A stretch of 63,109 bases of DNA from Octopus bimaculoides (taxonomy: Eukaryota). Position 1 is the first letter of the stretch. Each line of letters begins with the position of its first letter. The translations under genes were made by a program, and so were the position numbers. Where the stretch lies: positions 33,201,630 through 33,264,738 of the forward strand of contig NC_068997.1 of NCBI RefSeq assembly GCF_001194135.2, read 5' to 3'. This document shows, piece by piece, positions 24,403 through 38,665 of this stretch. The notes beneath the pieces are model-generated. The model ran no database searches. It had not been told where the DNA came from and saw only the letters and a program-made list of their open reading frames with translations.

Positions 24403-24947
24403 CTGAAACGTCAATAATGCAGGAAACGTAACAACAAAGGCAACGACCAAAACAGCAACAACAACAACAACAACAAAGGTAATAACAAGGAAACAACAAC
24501 GAAAGCAGCATCAAGAGAAGAGAAAGAAAAAAATTGCATGTAATTAACAAGTGGAAACATCTAATTAATTAATAAAAGTGTATATAGGTAGTTAGATTGA
24601 CACACAGATACCCACACATACGTACACACTCACACACACACAAACACGCACTCGCCATGTGTGTGTGTGTGTGCGCGCGCACGCGTATATGTATGTGTGT
24701 GTATGTATGTATGTATATATATATATATATGCACACATACATAAATACATGCATACAAACATATATACATTCATACATACATGCATGCATACACACGTAT
24801 ACTGGTTTACTCTCACATACTAATTGCGAATTACCTTGTACGGTGTTATACATTCACATATGCAATGCATGCATACATTCACTCATATATACACACGCTC
24901 ACCACACATATTCTCACACGTACGCACACACACAACTCTGTGTCTCA

Positions 24948-24989
<42 letters not shown>

Positions 24990-25310
24990 TGAAGCTAGTC
25001 CAGACGACACAGCGTAGAAAAATGTATTGAGTCTGCATTTCACCCACAAACATACACAAATATGCATGCATTCATGCTCCATAAAGTATACTTTGTGCAC
25101 ATGATTTTCGTTCCATAAAAACCATCATCCAAAATATGCACCAATATACACACATACAACGGTGCAACTTCATTGCATATGCACAAACATACATGCATAT
25201 AACGGATTAAATCTTTTATTACATTAATTTACAATTGTTTCATTGAAATTCGATCTCATTGACATTGCTATATTATATAATAATCCATGCATACATATAT
25301 CTGCATGTGT

Positions 25311-25341
<31 letters not shown>

Positions 25342-25568
25342 CATATATGTGTATAAGCATATATATATATATGTTGACATAGGAATAAAACTCTCTCTTT
25401 TGAATTTAAAACTTTGGATATATATATATATATATACATATATATGCATATATATGCATCTTTCGTCTCCTACTTGCCATTGTACTGCAGCCATCCTTGA
25501 AAGGTTTAGTCGAACAAATCGATTCAGTACACAGCCTGGTTTTCACGTTTTTATTATGGTATTTTAAC

Positions 25569-25608
25569 AAAATTAGCACTTTCATAAATATTGTATTCAT
25601 CAGATTTC
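25569..25608 (-). ncRNA. Candidate minimal hammerhead ribozyme (AT-rich)
   Basis: Minus strand: gaaat CTGATGA ata-caatatt-tat GAAA gtgc TA atttt. All three stems can form but are short and AT-rich. Confidence 0.35.
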
Positions 25609-25786
25609 AAATGTGTTTAACTGACAGTTGAGTTCTTGACAACTTTAGTACCTCTTAGAACGCTCCAACCAGCTGAATTTTTATAATACCTTTTTGATCA
25701 ATCCTCATCCTCTTAAACATGTATGTATGCATGTATGTATGTATGCATGTATGTATGTATGCATGTATGTATGTATGCATGTATGT

Positions 25787-25940
25787 ATACGACGGGTTCT
25801 TTACAATTTCCGTCTACCAAATCCACTCACAAGGCTTTGGTCGATCCCAAGGTATCACAGAAGACGCTTGCCCAAGGTGCCACACAGTAGGATTGAACCC
25901 TGGAAGCAAACCTCTTACAATACAGCCACGCCTGCGCTTG
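25787..25940 (-). mobile_element. SINE family A, 5' half
   Basis: Reverse complement of the family A head and body. Confidence 0.85.
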
Positions 25941-26108
25941 TATATGCATATTTTATATATTCTTTTCAGGAAATGTATGAGTTCACTACACCTAAACACA
26001 CACACACACACACACACACATACACACACACACACGCGTAGAGAGGGGAGAGTGAATGAGTAGATGTGCAAGTGAGACAGGCAGGTAGACAGAGAGCTAT
26101 AGAACTAA

Positions 26109-26315
26109 TAATGGTTTCAAATTTTGCCACATGGGCAGCAATTTTGGGAGAGGGGATGAGCTGATTACATCGACCCCAGTGTTTTACTGGTACTTAATTT
26201 ATCGACCTCGAAAAGATGTAAGGCAAAGTCGACCTCGGCGGAATTTGAACTCAGAATGTAAAGACGGACGAAATGCCACTAAGCGTTTTACCTGGCTTCC
26301 TAACGATTCTCTAAC
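26109..26315 (-). mobile_element. SINE family B
   Basis: Reverse complement of family B (ggcaaagtcgacctcggcggaatttgaactcag). Confidence 0.88.
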
Positions 26316-26423
26316 TTATAATAACAGCAATTAAAAGTGAGGTTTACACATGCCTTAATGTGAAGTACAAATGATGATTTTTTGATACGACTATGACTCA
26401 ATTATAAATAAGTGGTTAATATA

Positions 26424-27215
26424 CTACTGTGCAAAGGTCTTCGGCCACTTTAAACTATTGTAAATTTCTATTAATTTCCAACTTATAAGTGGAAGTTTTG
26501 CATTGCATTTTTACAGATGTTGGAGTCATTTCCCTACCTAATCATTATATTTTGTAGTACGGGTTCTGAATGAGAGGGGACGATGCGGGACGACCACCAA
26601 AAGAGGCCGTGCAAAAGATTTCGGCCACCTCACATAAGCCAATCATGATACAGTGTTTTAAAACAGAAAAATGTCTATAATGAAAATTTGTTACATAATA
26701 TTCATTTCAAGAAGTTACTATACATTGTTAATATTTCGTGTGGCTTCCCTTAACTTGAATAATTGCTTCAATGCACCTGGGAAGAGATGCGTAGAAATCC
26801 TTCACCGTCTTCACAGGTATGAGATGCCATTCTCTGTGGTGAGCTCCTGCAACTCTTCAAGATTGCGTGGATTCTTCTGACGAACTCTTCTCTTTAGTTC
26901 TGTCCACATTTGCTCAATGATATTCAAGTCAAGGCTCTGAGATGGGCAATCTTTCAATACAGTAACACCTTCATCAGCCAGACTCTGTTGTGTTGCACAT
27001 GATCTGTGACATGGAGCTCCGTCATGCTGAAAAATCTCACCTGCATCTAAGTCTGGTATCAAATTGCCCTTCATCAACTGGATGTATTCAAGTTACCGTC
27101 AATTTTAACCAACTTTCTTGAACCATCACTTATTATGTATCCCCAAAGCACCAGACTCTTACCCCCAAACTTCACTGTTTTCGTCGCATAAAACGGGTCG
27201 TTTCGCTTTCTAATA
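26424..27215 (-). mobile_element. Tc1-like (DD34E) transposon 3' half with an IR/DR-type terminus
   Basis: TVKFGGKSLVLWG, FQHDGAPCH, SQSLDLNIIEQMW and KGSHTKY* (stop 26728-30). The terminal motif ctgtgcaaaggtcttcggcca at ~26427 repeats as ccgtgcaaaagatttcggcca at ~26608. Confidence 0.85.
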
Positions 27216-27238
27216 AGCGAGAATTTGTCAGAAGCTCT

Positions 27239-27473
27239 CCTGGTTCTCAACTAGGGTCCATATGCCCCTGGGGGTTCAATTAAGATTTGTTGCTAAAATT
27301 TATGTGCAATAAACTGGTTATATTTCTCCAATACGCAAAATATCTTCACAACTTTTTTATATTATATAATTATAAAAATATAATTCTTTAATCATTGAAT
27401 GGCTATGAAGGTCCATCCAAGTAAAATAGGAATCAAAGGGTTCCACAGGTAAAAGAAATTGTTGAGAAACAAT
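27239..27473. mobile_element. hAT-like MITE
   Basis: Ends cctggttctcaac / gttgagaaacaat resemble CAGTGGTTCTCAAC-type hAT TIRs. ~235 bp, non-coding. No TSD verified. Confidence 0.55.
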
Positions 27474-27739
27474 AAATTAGAGGGAAATGCAAAAACGAAA
27501 GATGGTGTAAGGTTTGTGATCAAGTGTGTAACTGAATAAGAAGAGAAAACAAAACGAGGGCAAAATGGTTAGGTGGAGATGAGAAGACGGATGTGCTCTG
27601 GTTTGCATTGTAATAAAGAATAAGGCGAAGGTGAAAGAGAAAGATACAGTAATATATATAGAAGAATGGAAAAGAATAACAGAAACAGAACTAAAAGAAT
27701 ATGTATGGATATGTATTGAGTACTTTCTCTTTGCGTTTA

Positions 27740-27813
<74 letters not shown>

Positions 27814-28633
27814 ATTCCAGCACCTCTTACTTCTTTGGAGTAGAGTGCACATATATTTTGAAACATATGTAGGAATTAAAGGAACTTTTGTTTATATGCG
27901 TTTTGCTCCATTTATTATTATTATATATACATGTATATATATATAAAGAGAGAGACAGAGAATGATGATATTTGGGGGGGGAGTGCCTTTCTTATGAAGG
28001 ATTGTAAGCAGACAGATAACTGAGGATGTGCCAACACCCAATTCCATATTCCCTGAAGAACATTCTTATGCCGCTGAGAAATGCCTATTGAAAGCGTTAA
28101 ACTGAACAAGCGGAAAACCAGATAACAGAATGCGCTGAAAATCTTGTTTCTTCGATAACAACTCGACCGAGGTCTTTAGTAAACGAAGATATGGCTTTAG
28201 GATAGAAATTTTCCTCTGTGTAAGACATTATAAGGGGACCTGAAATAAGAAACACCTTTCGAAAGCGTTTTAAAAAGAAAACACAAAAATGCTAAAACTC
28301 TTCAGAAAATATTTGTTAACACTGACAAGAGAAAATATCCCAAGCGACTGACATTGCAACACATTTCAGGTTTGTTTTGAACAACCTTACAAATATATAC
28401 GGAAAAATAAACACTAATGCACATCGTAATATAAATAAAGAAGCTCAGATCTTACAGAAACTCGAAGCAGATGTGCCACGTAAACCCATAAGCCCCTTTG
28501 AAATACCACAAATGTAACAACCCATGCGTAGAGTTGTTAACACCCTACCCCTACACAGATAGACATCTGTATGTGTGTGTGTGTATGGATGGATGTACAT
28601 ACAAATAAATGTTCTTACATACGAACAGAAATA

Positions 28634-28702
<69 letters not shown>

Positions 28703-30062
28703 NNNNNNNNNNNNNNNNNNNNNNNNNNNNNNNNNNNNNNNNNNNNNNNNNNNNNNNNNNNNNNNNNNNNNNNNNNNNNNNNNNNNNNNNNNNNNNNNNN
28801 NNNNNNNNNNNNNNNNNNNNNNNNNNNNNNNNNNNNNNNNNNNNNNNNNNNNNNNNNNNNNNNNNNNNNNNNNNNNNNNNNNNNNNNNNNNNNNNNNNNN
28901 NNNNNNNNNNNNNNNNNNNNNNNNNNNNNNNNNNNNNNNNNNNNNNNNNNNNNNNNNNNNNNNNNNNNNNNNNNNNNNNNNNNNNNNNNNNNNNNNNNNN
29001 NNNNNNNNNNNNNNNNNNNNNNNNNNNNNNNNNNNNNNNNNNNNNNNNNNNNNNNNNNNNNNNNNNNNNNNNNNNNNNNNNNNNNNNNNNNNNNNNNNNN
29101 NNNNNNNNNNNNNNNNNNNNNNNNNNNNNNNNNNNNNNNNNNNNNNNNNNNNNNNNNNNNNNNNNNNNNNNNNNNNNNNNNNNNNNNNNNNNNNNNNNNN
29201 NNNNNNNNNNNNNNNNNNNNNNNNNNNNNNNNNNNNNNNNNNNNNNNNNNNNNNNNNNNNNNNNNNNNNNNNNNNNNNNNNNNNNNNNNNNNNNNNNNNN
29301 NNNNNNNNNNNNNNNNNNNNNNNNNNNNNNNNNNNNNNNNNNNNNNNNNNNNNNNNNNNNNNNNNNNNNNNNNNNNNNNNNNNNNNNNNNNNNNNNNNNN
29401 NNNNNNNNNNNNNNNNNNNNNNNNNNNNNNNNNNNNNNNNNNNNNNNNNNNNNNNNNNNNNNNNNNNNNNNNNNNNNNNNNNNNNNNNNNNNNNNNNNNN
29501 NNTATATATAAATGTTTGTTGGAAGATTAGTTAGTTGGTTGTTTGATTGCTTGCTTGCTTTCTTGTTTGCTTGCATGATTGCTTGAATGATTTCTTCAAT
29601 TACGATTTACATCGTTTATAGAAAGAAGGGGAGAAAGAGTAAAAGAGAGACTGAGAGAGTTAGCATAAGAGGTGTAGGATGAGTGCTTGGTGGGAGGCAA
29701 TGAGTAAAAGAATGTTACATACAGTGAGAGAGAAAAAGTCACATATTTAATAATAGCCGATACAAATGTTGACTGGTTGGTTAATTTCTGCAATCAACCT
29801 TTACACCGTATAGAGAGATGGAGTAAGAAGGAGTAAAAGAGAGTCACTGAGACCATTAATAAAAGATGTGCAGGTTGACAACATTCTGAAAAATAAACAT
29901 TTATTTTATGAAATTTTGCACAGAGAGGTATTCGATGGACTAGATTGTGATTACGTTGATTGGATTATGAAAAATAATAACATATTTATTGCAAATACAC
30001 AAATGTGAAATTTGTTTTGTCGAATTTTATTTTAAGTTAGTTAATATTTGTCTATTTGAAGA

Positions 30063-30283
30063 AAGCGATGAGCTGGCAGACTCGTTAGCAGACCGAGAAA
30101 AAATTCTTAGTGGCATTTCGTCCGTCTCTACGTTTTGAGTTCAAATTCCTACGAGGTAGATAATACCATTCATCTCCTCCGGACTCTATGAAAATGACAG
30201 CCAGTCGAACATGGAAGTCTACATGATCGACTGTCCCCAATCACCGTAATTGCTGATCTTGTGTCAAAATTTGAAGCCAATAT
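30063..30283 (+). mobile_element. SINE family B, diverged
   Basis: gagctggcagactcgttagc...gagttcaaattcc...aaaatttgaagcca. Confidence 0.8.
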
Positions 30284-30803
30284 TTTTCTTTTGAAAATTA
30301 ATATTCATTTCATCATTTTGTATAAGCACCAAGAAATTTGATAAAGTTAAATTATAATTATTGTGTTTATCATATTTCTTGATATTACCTCGATGGCAAA
30401 ATTATACATTTATAACGCTAGCCGTAATTATACCAAAATTTGAGTCAACTCTAAGTTTAACTGCAGTCTGTGTTGTTCATCTCCGTCATGAATTGCCCAT
30501 GTAGCGATGAAACTCAGAGTAAGATACCAGGTTTTGTTATAATAAACATGGTGCCATGGTTTCTGAATTTGGATATTAAACGTTGGTCCTTCCGTTTCCT
30601 TGAGATAGTTGCATCTGTTATTATCAACTCTTTTCGCCTCGTCTTCAAATTCACCTTTCATGACATCTCCATCGCTGGCAACGATATCCACCTATCCACC
30701 TCCATCCCATGCGAACTACTGACTTCCACTCCTGTCTATACAACTCCACTCGCACATATATGTATGCAATTTATATAGATGTATGTTTCCATGTATGCAC
30801 GTT

Positions 30804-30852
<49 letters not shown>

Positions 30853-31362
30853 NNNNNNNNNNNNNNNNNNNNNNNNNNNNNNNNNNNNNNNNNNNNNNNN
30901 NNNNNNNNNNNNNNNNNNNNNNNNNNNNNNNNNNNNNNNNNNNNNNNNNNNNNNNNNNNNNNNNNNNNNNNNNNNNNNNNNNNNNNNNNNNNNNNNNNNN
31001 NNNNNNNNNNNNNNNNNNNNNNNNNNNNNNNNNNNNNNNNNNNNNNNNNNNNNNNNNNNNNNNNNNNNNNNNNNNNNNNNNNNNNNNNNNNNNNNNNNNN
31101 NNNNNNNNNNNNNNNNNNNNNNNNNNNNNNNNNNNNNNNNNNNNNNNNNNNNNNNNNNNNNNNNNNNNNNNNNNNNNNNNNNNNNNNNNNNNNNNNNNNN
31201 NNNNNNNNNNNNNNNNNNNNNNNNNNNNNNNNNNNNNNNNNNNNNNNNNNNNNNNNNNNNNNNNNNNNNNNNNNNNNNNNNNNNNNNNNNNNNNNNNNNN
31301 NNNNNNNNNNNNNNNNNNNNNNNNNNNNNNNNNNNNNNNNNNNNNNNNCATGTATGCACGTT

Positions 31363-31414
<52 letters not shown>

Positions 31415-31795
31415 TCTGGCTGGGGAGGATTGTTGTTAGAAGGCCATATGTGTGACAGCAGGATTCATTTCCTTGCCATATCTTCAGAAAAATGTCAGTA
31501 GTTGTCGGAGAATTTCTACTTCACCAGCCCCAATTTCTGACTTTCTAATTCTCCTAATTGTAATCCTATGGATTATTATGTGTGAGGTGCAATTGAGAAA
31601 GACACCAACCGCTCTGCCTGCAACCCCAAGGCGGAGCTGGTGATCAAGATCAAGGAGTTATTCGAAGATCTTCCCGAGGATAAAATGAGGAACGTATGCT
31701 CCAGGTTCCAGAGCCGTCTTGAGGCCAGGGTGGCCAGGGAGGCCAGGGTGGCCAGGGAGGCCAGGGTGGAAGGTGAGGGTAACTACTTTGAGTAA
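31415..31795 (+). pseudogene. maT (DD37D-like) Tc1/mariner transposase C-terminal fragment
   Basis: RPYV*QQDSFPCH...NSPNCNPMDYYV*GAIEKDTN...VCSRFQSRLEA...GNYFE*. Contains an 18-bp triplication at 31721-31769. Confidence 0.75.
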
Positions 31796-31910
31796 ACTAT
31801 CATCTTCAAGCCAAAAACCTAGTTGATATTTGTTGATTTTTTTAAGTACTTTAATTTTTATATGGAATATTGCGTTTTCTTTTCCTTTTATGCAAACTGC
31901 CGAATAGCTG

Positions 31911-31951
<41 letters not shown>

Positions 31952-32485
31952 TTATATGTATATATTGTAGATAGACTTGAGGAAAAGTTACAAACTTATG
32001 ATAGACAAACACAAAATAGAAAATATCTATGAACTGAAAGACATTTTTTGTTGAGATAATTTAAGTTCTCATGAGAAACAAAGTGTGAGAGATATGCAAC
32101 GAAAAACAAACATATAATCACGGCCGGGAAAGTAGGACAACAATAAATGCGTTTAACACTGAACAAACATCGCTAAACCTTTTATAATCATGACAAAACC
32201 AAAAATACAAGAGAAGCATTTTTTTATGACGTACCACTGAAGGGATCTCAACGTAATCATTCGACCTGCTAGGAATAGCAGTCACATTCCCTTTCAGATC
32301 TTTCCCTAGTTTCTGTCTTTAAAAAAAAATAACAAAAACGGAAGGATACATCAGATAATGTTACTCTAGATATATTGTTTGGAGAAAGAACGGTGTGGCC
32401 ATAGCTTGATTGTCTTTTTGTAAGTTTGATTACGGCTGACCTAACAATATGTTAACGAAACAGGCTAATTTATGCAACATGGATG

Positions 32486-32705
32486 ATACATTGGTTTCAA
32501 ATTTTGTCACAAGGCCAGCCATTTCGGGGTAGGGGTAAGTCGATTTCACTAACCCCAGTGCTTTACTGGTATTTATTTTATCAACCCCGGAAGGATGAAA
32601 GGCAAAGTCGACCTCGGCGGAATTTGAACTCATAACGTAGCGACAGTCAAAATGCTGCTAAGCATTTTGCCCGGCACGGTAGCCATTCTGCCAGCTCGCT
32701 GCCTT
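32486..32705 (-). mobile_element. SINE family B
   Basis: Reverse complement of family B, near complete. Confidence 0.88.
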
Positions 32706-33551
32706 CAACATGGATGGTATATGAAGAGTCGGGAGATCACAAAAGAGTAAAGATTAGAAATCGATAAAACACCTGACATCTTTCCATCTTTCAAAATTCT
32801 TAAGAAAAGTCTTTGACTATAGAGCGTCGTCAGATAAACTATGTTATGGTGTATATATANNNNNNNNNNNNNNNNNNNNNNNNNNNNNNNNNNNNNNNNN
32901 NNNNNNNNNNNNNNNNNNNNNNNNNNNNNNNNNNNNNNNNNNNNNNNNNNNNNNNNNNNNNNNNNNNNNNNNNNNNNNNNNNNNNNNNNNNNNNNNNNNN
33001 NNNNNNNNNNNNNNNNNNNNNNNNNNNNNNNNNNNNNNNNNNNNNNNNNNNNNNNNNNNNNNNNNNNNNNNNNNNNNNNNNNNNNNNNNNNNNNNNNNNN
33101 NNNNNNNNNNNNNNNNNNNNNNNNNNNNNNNNNNNNNNNNNNNNNNNNNNNNNNNNNNNNNNNNNNNNNNNNNNNNNNNNNNNNNNNNNNNNNNNNNNNN
33201 NNNNNNNNNNNNNNNNNNNNNNNNNNNNNNNNNNNNNNNNNNNNNNNNNNNNNNNNNNNNNNNNNNNNNNNNNNNNNNNNNNNNNNNNNNNNNNNNNNNN
33301 NNNNNNNNNNNNNNNNNNNNNNNNNNNNNNNNNNNNNNNNNNNNNNNNNNNNNNNNNNNNNNNNNNNNNNNNNNNNNNNNNNNNNNNNNNNNNNNNNNNN
33401 NNNNNNNNNNNNNNNNNNNNNNNNNNNNNNNNNNNNNNNNNNNNNNNNNNNNNNNNNNNNNNNNNNNNNNNNNNNNNNNNNNNNNNNNNNATATATACAC
33501 ACACATGTATGAGGTATATAACGAGAGTGGTACAGAGACAGACGGACAAGC

Positions 33552-33645
<94 letters not shown>

Positions 33646-34113
33646 GTAGATAGATCGATAGATAGATAGATAGATAGATAGAGAGAGAGATAGATAGATA
33701 GATATTGCTATGCGTATACGTGCAAGTGAGTGCGCGTCTGTGAATACACTTACATAATCTATAAATTCTTTATAACAATGGTATTCCTCCTCTTCTACGA
33801 TCCAGCCTCCAGACTCTTTCTCCCCCTCCCTCGCTCACTCTTCCCTTCTCTTCCTCTCCCCAGCCTCTCCTTTTCTTCTCTCACCCGTTCAATCCATCTC
33901 CGTTTCTTTTAACTCCTACCCTGTCCCATCTCTCATCTCTCAAGCTCTCTCTATACTATATCCCTTCTCTCACTCCCTCCACATCACTCTCTTATAATCT
34001 CTCTCGCTTCTTCTATCGCTTCTTCTCAAACATTTATGTGTGCGCGTGTGTACATACGCGTGTAGTATGTCTGTCTATGTATGTATGTATGTATGTATGT
34101 ATGTGTGTGTGTG

Positions 34114-34158
<45 letters not shown>

Positions 34159-36176
34159 GCACATATATCCCCGCTCTCATGCATAATTTTACACGTTTCC
34201 CACTTCCCGGCATGCACTCTACTGCCATTCCTTTTAATCTCCTACTTCCACACTCACCATTTCTATGTCTCTTTNNNNNNNNNNNNNNNNNNNNNNNNNN
34301 NNNNNNNNNNNNNNNNNNNNNNNNNNNNNNNNNNNNNNNNNNNNNNNNNNNNNNNNNNNNNNNNNNNNNNNNNNNNNNNNNNNNNNNNNNNNNNNNNNNN
34401 NNNNNNNNNNNNNNNNNNNNNNNNNNNNNCATTCTCTTATCAACTTACATAACATTGTCACTCCTCCCTTCTCCCTCCTTTCGTCCTTCCTCCTACCTTC
34501 ACCCATTCAAGCTCCCTCTAATGATCCCTCATCAACCACCGCCATCAACACCAGTATGCCGATCGACTGACCGCATCTCTAGTGGAGTTAGTGTTTGTTT
34601 TACATTGTTAGTGAAGTTGTGGTTATTGTTGTAGTGATAATAGTAGAAGTGGTAATGGTAGTAGTAGTAGTAGTAGTAGTATCAGCAGCAGCGGAGGCGG
34701 CGGCAGCGACGGTGGCGGTGGTGCTGGTGATGTTGGTAGTGGTGGTGGTATTGGTAGTGGTGGTGGCGTTGGTGGTGGCGGTGGTGATGGCGGTGGTGTT
34801 GAAAGCAATACTGTTATTTTTGTTGGTGATGTTATTACATAAGTATTGGTGTGGTAAGACCTCAAGTTCCATCTGCTATAACTATATTTTCCACAAATTT
34901 CCATTAACTGACCTTATTAGAGTTCTTTCCCTTGTTCGTTGTTTTACTTTCCGACCCTAAGCCTACCCACTCCACTCCCACAGCGACTTCTTTTTTGTTT
35001 TCTACTAATTACCTGTAATACATAGGTGAGACCCTATCGTATGTCGATTTCTCGCGCAAAACACTCGCCTAAGATATTTTCTTCATTGGCCTTATTGCTG
35101 ATGTCGATGTTCTTGTTTGTGTCTGTTTTGTTAATAGTTTTTGTTAATTGGGACTAACCCTATGTTAGTCCCAATTGACCAGACTAATGATCAAAGTCGT
35201 TCCTGCCATGACCATGCCAGCCTATTTTTCAGACAGTATAATCAAGACAGATTATTCAACGAAAAGCTTCCTTATTTCTTTTAAGATACGAGATTTTGGT
35301 TGTTCAAGTTACATGACGCATCATCCAAATCTCCTTCAGATAAAACCCAATTGTATTGAAAATTCAAAGTACACGTTGGATAATGTAGACCTTCTGAAAA
35401 GGCAAGGAGGCCGCAGTTGTTATCGTTCGACTACAGTTCAGTTCTGTAGCAGGACTGGTTCGGCGCTAAAATAAAAAGCAACGGAAACTAACTCTTCCAC
35501 CATGAACCTTCCAACTGCAACAATATCGATGACAACAACAACTAATAATATCATCACCAACAACACCAACAACACAAAACTACCACCAACACAACGCACC
35601 ACTACAGCGCCACTATTATCTGCATCAATATCAACCACCACCTCCATCATCACCACCATGATCACGAATCCAGGACCAACACTGCCACCACCACCATTGA
35701 ACCACCTGTCGTATAGCTTGTTGATGCACAACTCCTGCTAGTTGTTTGCACATGCAGTAATAGAGAGCCACATGCAACACCCACGGACAGACAGACAGGC
35801 AGAGAAACAGAGACAGAGCGAGCGACACACAGACACAGCACAGAAAGAGAAGTGGGGTGGGGTGACAATTAAAGTGGTGCCGACACTACAAACATTCCTG
35901 GCTGAATAAATAAATAAATAGATAAAAGCTTCTAAAAGACAGCAGACTATGCTGAGATTGCGTACATGCATCACTGCACCTCTTGCTGCTGGCTGCACCT
36001 CCTACTCCTCCTGCTACTACCCCTTTTCCTCCTCTTTTCTCTTCCTACTCACACAGCTACACTCACACATACACACACAGAAATTTCTCCACACACACCT
36101 CACCTTCACAAATACATGTATGCACACACATATATACATGCATAGATTGTGTGTACATACATACATATATATGTAT

Positions 36177-36232
<56 letters not shown>

Positions 36233-36894
36233 CATAAACAAATGTGAACATTTAATGGATGGCGCGACAAAGGTACACAAACACACATCCACACATAAAC
36301 ACATATGTGTGGATGTGTATTTGTGTATACACATATATACATGCATACATACATTTATACTAATATATTTATCTCCGCAGATTTACACATACACACACCA
36401 AGTGACACGAAAGCACACTTATACATACAAGGTCAAGCACTTATACACATACTTAGCAATGTGTGTGTATATGTGTGTGTGTGCGCTTGTGTGTGTGTGT
36501 GTGTGCATACTGTTACATATAAGTAGACTTATATATATAGAGGCACACAAATTCCGATACATATATATACATACAGTCGTTGTCTCCACCAAGAGAACTT
36601 ACTTTCACACAAATACTCCATCCATGTATACATATATACGTGCGTGTGTGTGTATGTTTGTATGTATATATGTATGTATGTATGCATGTATGTATGCATA
36701 TATGTATGCATGTATGTATGCATGTATGCATGCATGTATGTATGTATAGAATGCTGGTCTTGTGCAATAACATATACATGTGTACAATGACTAATGTATT
36801 ACTAAATATATACAATTTGTTATATATACCTACATATATATACATACATGAATACATACAAACATACACACCTTCATATAGTTTACCATCTATC

Positions 36895-37178
36895 TTTTGT
36901 TTCAGTAATTAAACTGCTGCTATGCTGGAGCAGTGCTTTAAAGAATATTAGTTGACAGAATCGAGCCCAGTACCTGTTTTGTTTTAGGCCTTGTACTTAT
37001 TCTACCGATATCGTTTGCCGAACCGCTAGATCGCGGGGGCCTACACACACCAATAGCGGTTACCAAGCAGTGGTGGTGGGGCGAAACACAAACACAGACG
37101 CACATACACACACATATATACATATGATGTATGTGGTTGGGAAGTAAATATCTTACCACACAGCCACGCCTGCGCCTT
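36895..37178 (-). mobile_element. SINE family A, internally deleted
   Basis: Tail (tttcagt...gctatgctggagca) and head (ttaccacacagccacgcctgcgcc) are both present; the middle is missing. Confidence 0.75.
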
Positions 37179-37482
37179 TAGAAATATATATACATTCAAG
37201 GAAAAATATTCAGAAGTGTGTCTGTATAGGCATTTGTATATGTTGTCTATGTATGTCAGAGTATAAATATGTAAGTGGATGACAATATTTGTGCCTTTGT
37301 ATGTGTGTGTGTGTATATGTGTGTGTATGAGTGTGTGCATGTGTGTGTGCATGTATATATATGTGTATATGTATGCATACATACGTACACACATGCTTGG
37401 ACATATATGTGTGTGCAAATATTTGCATACATATACCTCTATACACACGTTTATACATAATTTAGTATACAAAAATACATTC

Positions 37483-37537
<55 letters not shown>

Positions 37538-38272
37538 CATACATACACAAACATACACACACATACACACACACACGTACTCACACGCACACACACATGC
37601 ACATATATTCATATAAAAAGAACAAAAATGGGTTTAAAATTTACTACGGCTGTTTCCGTAGCATTTTATTGAAGCATTCTTAGATTACATCATGTATGTA
37701 TGTATGTATGTATGTATGTATGTAGATGCATATACAAATATAGAGATACATACACACATATTCACCAATATCCATACACACGTACCTTCACTTCTACACA
37801 CGTATTTTGGCTAATACACGCATATTCACACTTGAGTCGTAGATGTATTCCGTCAGCTAGAAGCCTTTGTACATTTAGTAGACTCTACCGTGTTGCAAAC
37901 CTTCGGGTCAGGTTTCAAGTTTGAGGACATCTTCCTCCTTCCACCCTTTTCTCCTCCTCCCCTCTCAGTAGACTCGATGTCCTGCGGCGGCCGCGAACAC
38001 TACCGTTCCTTTCTGACTAAAAGATAAAGACACGAACGCACAAACACGCAATAACTTTTACACATCTACAAACACACAGGCGTACACATATACATACACG
38101 TTTATGTAAATACACATATATATTCAAACAGCATAGATATACTGTTAAGGGGCTATACGTAACGAGTTAGCAAAGTGAGGGAGGAGGAGGAGGAGGTAAA
38201 ATAATGTTAGCATTATTGTTGTAACAATCAGTTCTAAAACAAGTGTTTCTACCATTGTTACAATGTGTATGC

Positions 38273-38427
<155 letters not shown>

Positions 38428-38665
38428 TGTAATATAGTCTGAATGTTGGTTTGGTCTATGTGTATGTATATTTAGGAAAAGGCGCCATTGATTTCATGAA
38501 AATACAACCACAGAGGACATAAAGAACTAAAAAAAATATAAAGATAGATATATAGATAGATTAATCATACTTAATTTACTGAGATCGGGGAAGTGGGTCC
38601 AATAATGATGAGTTCGATTTCCCAGTCCGACCACTGTTTGTCAATAAAGATTTAACAGCATTTTT

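Noticed and set aside
28020-28100. CTGAGGA and CTGAAGA motifs with a nearby GAAA
   Set aside because: Spacing and pairing do not fit a hammerhead.
27990-28550. Possible old LINE endonuclease/linker remnant
   Set aside because: Only vague motif resemblance and many stops; cannot be supported by eye.
30786-31409. Identical catgtatgcacgtttg(TA)n on both sides of an N-gap
   Set aside because: Most likely a scaffolding overlap artefact rather than a real duplication.
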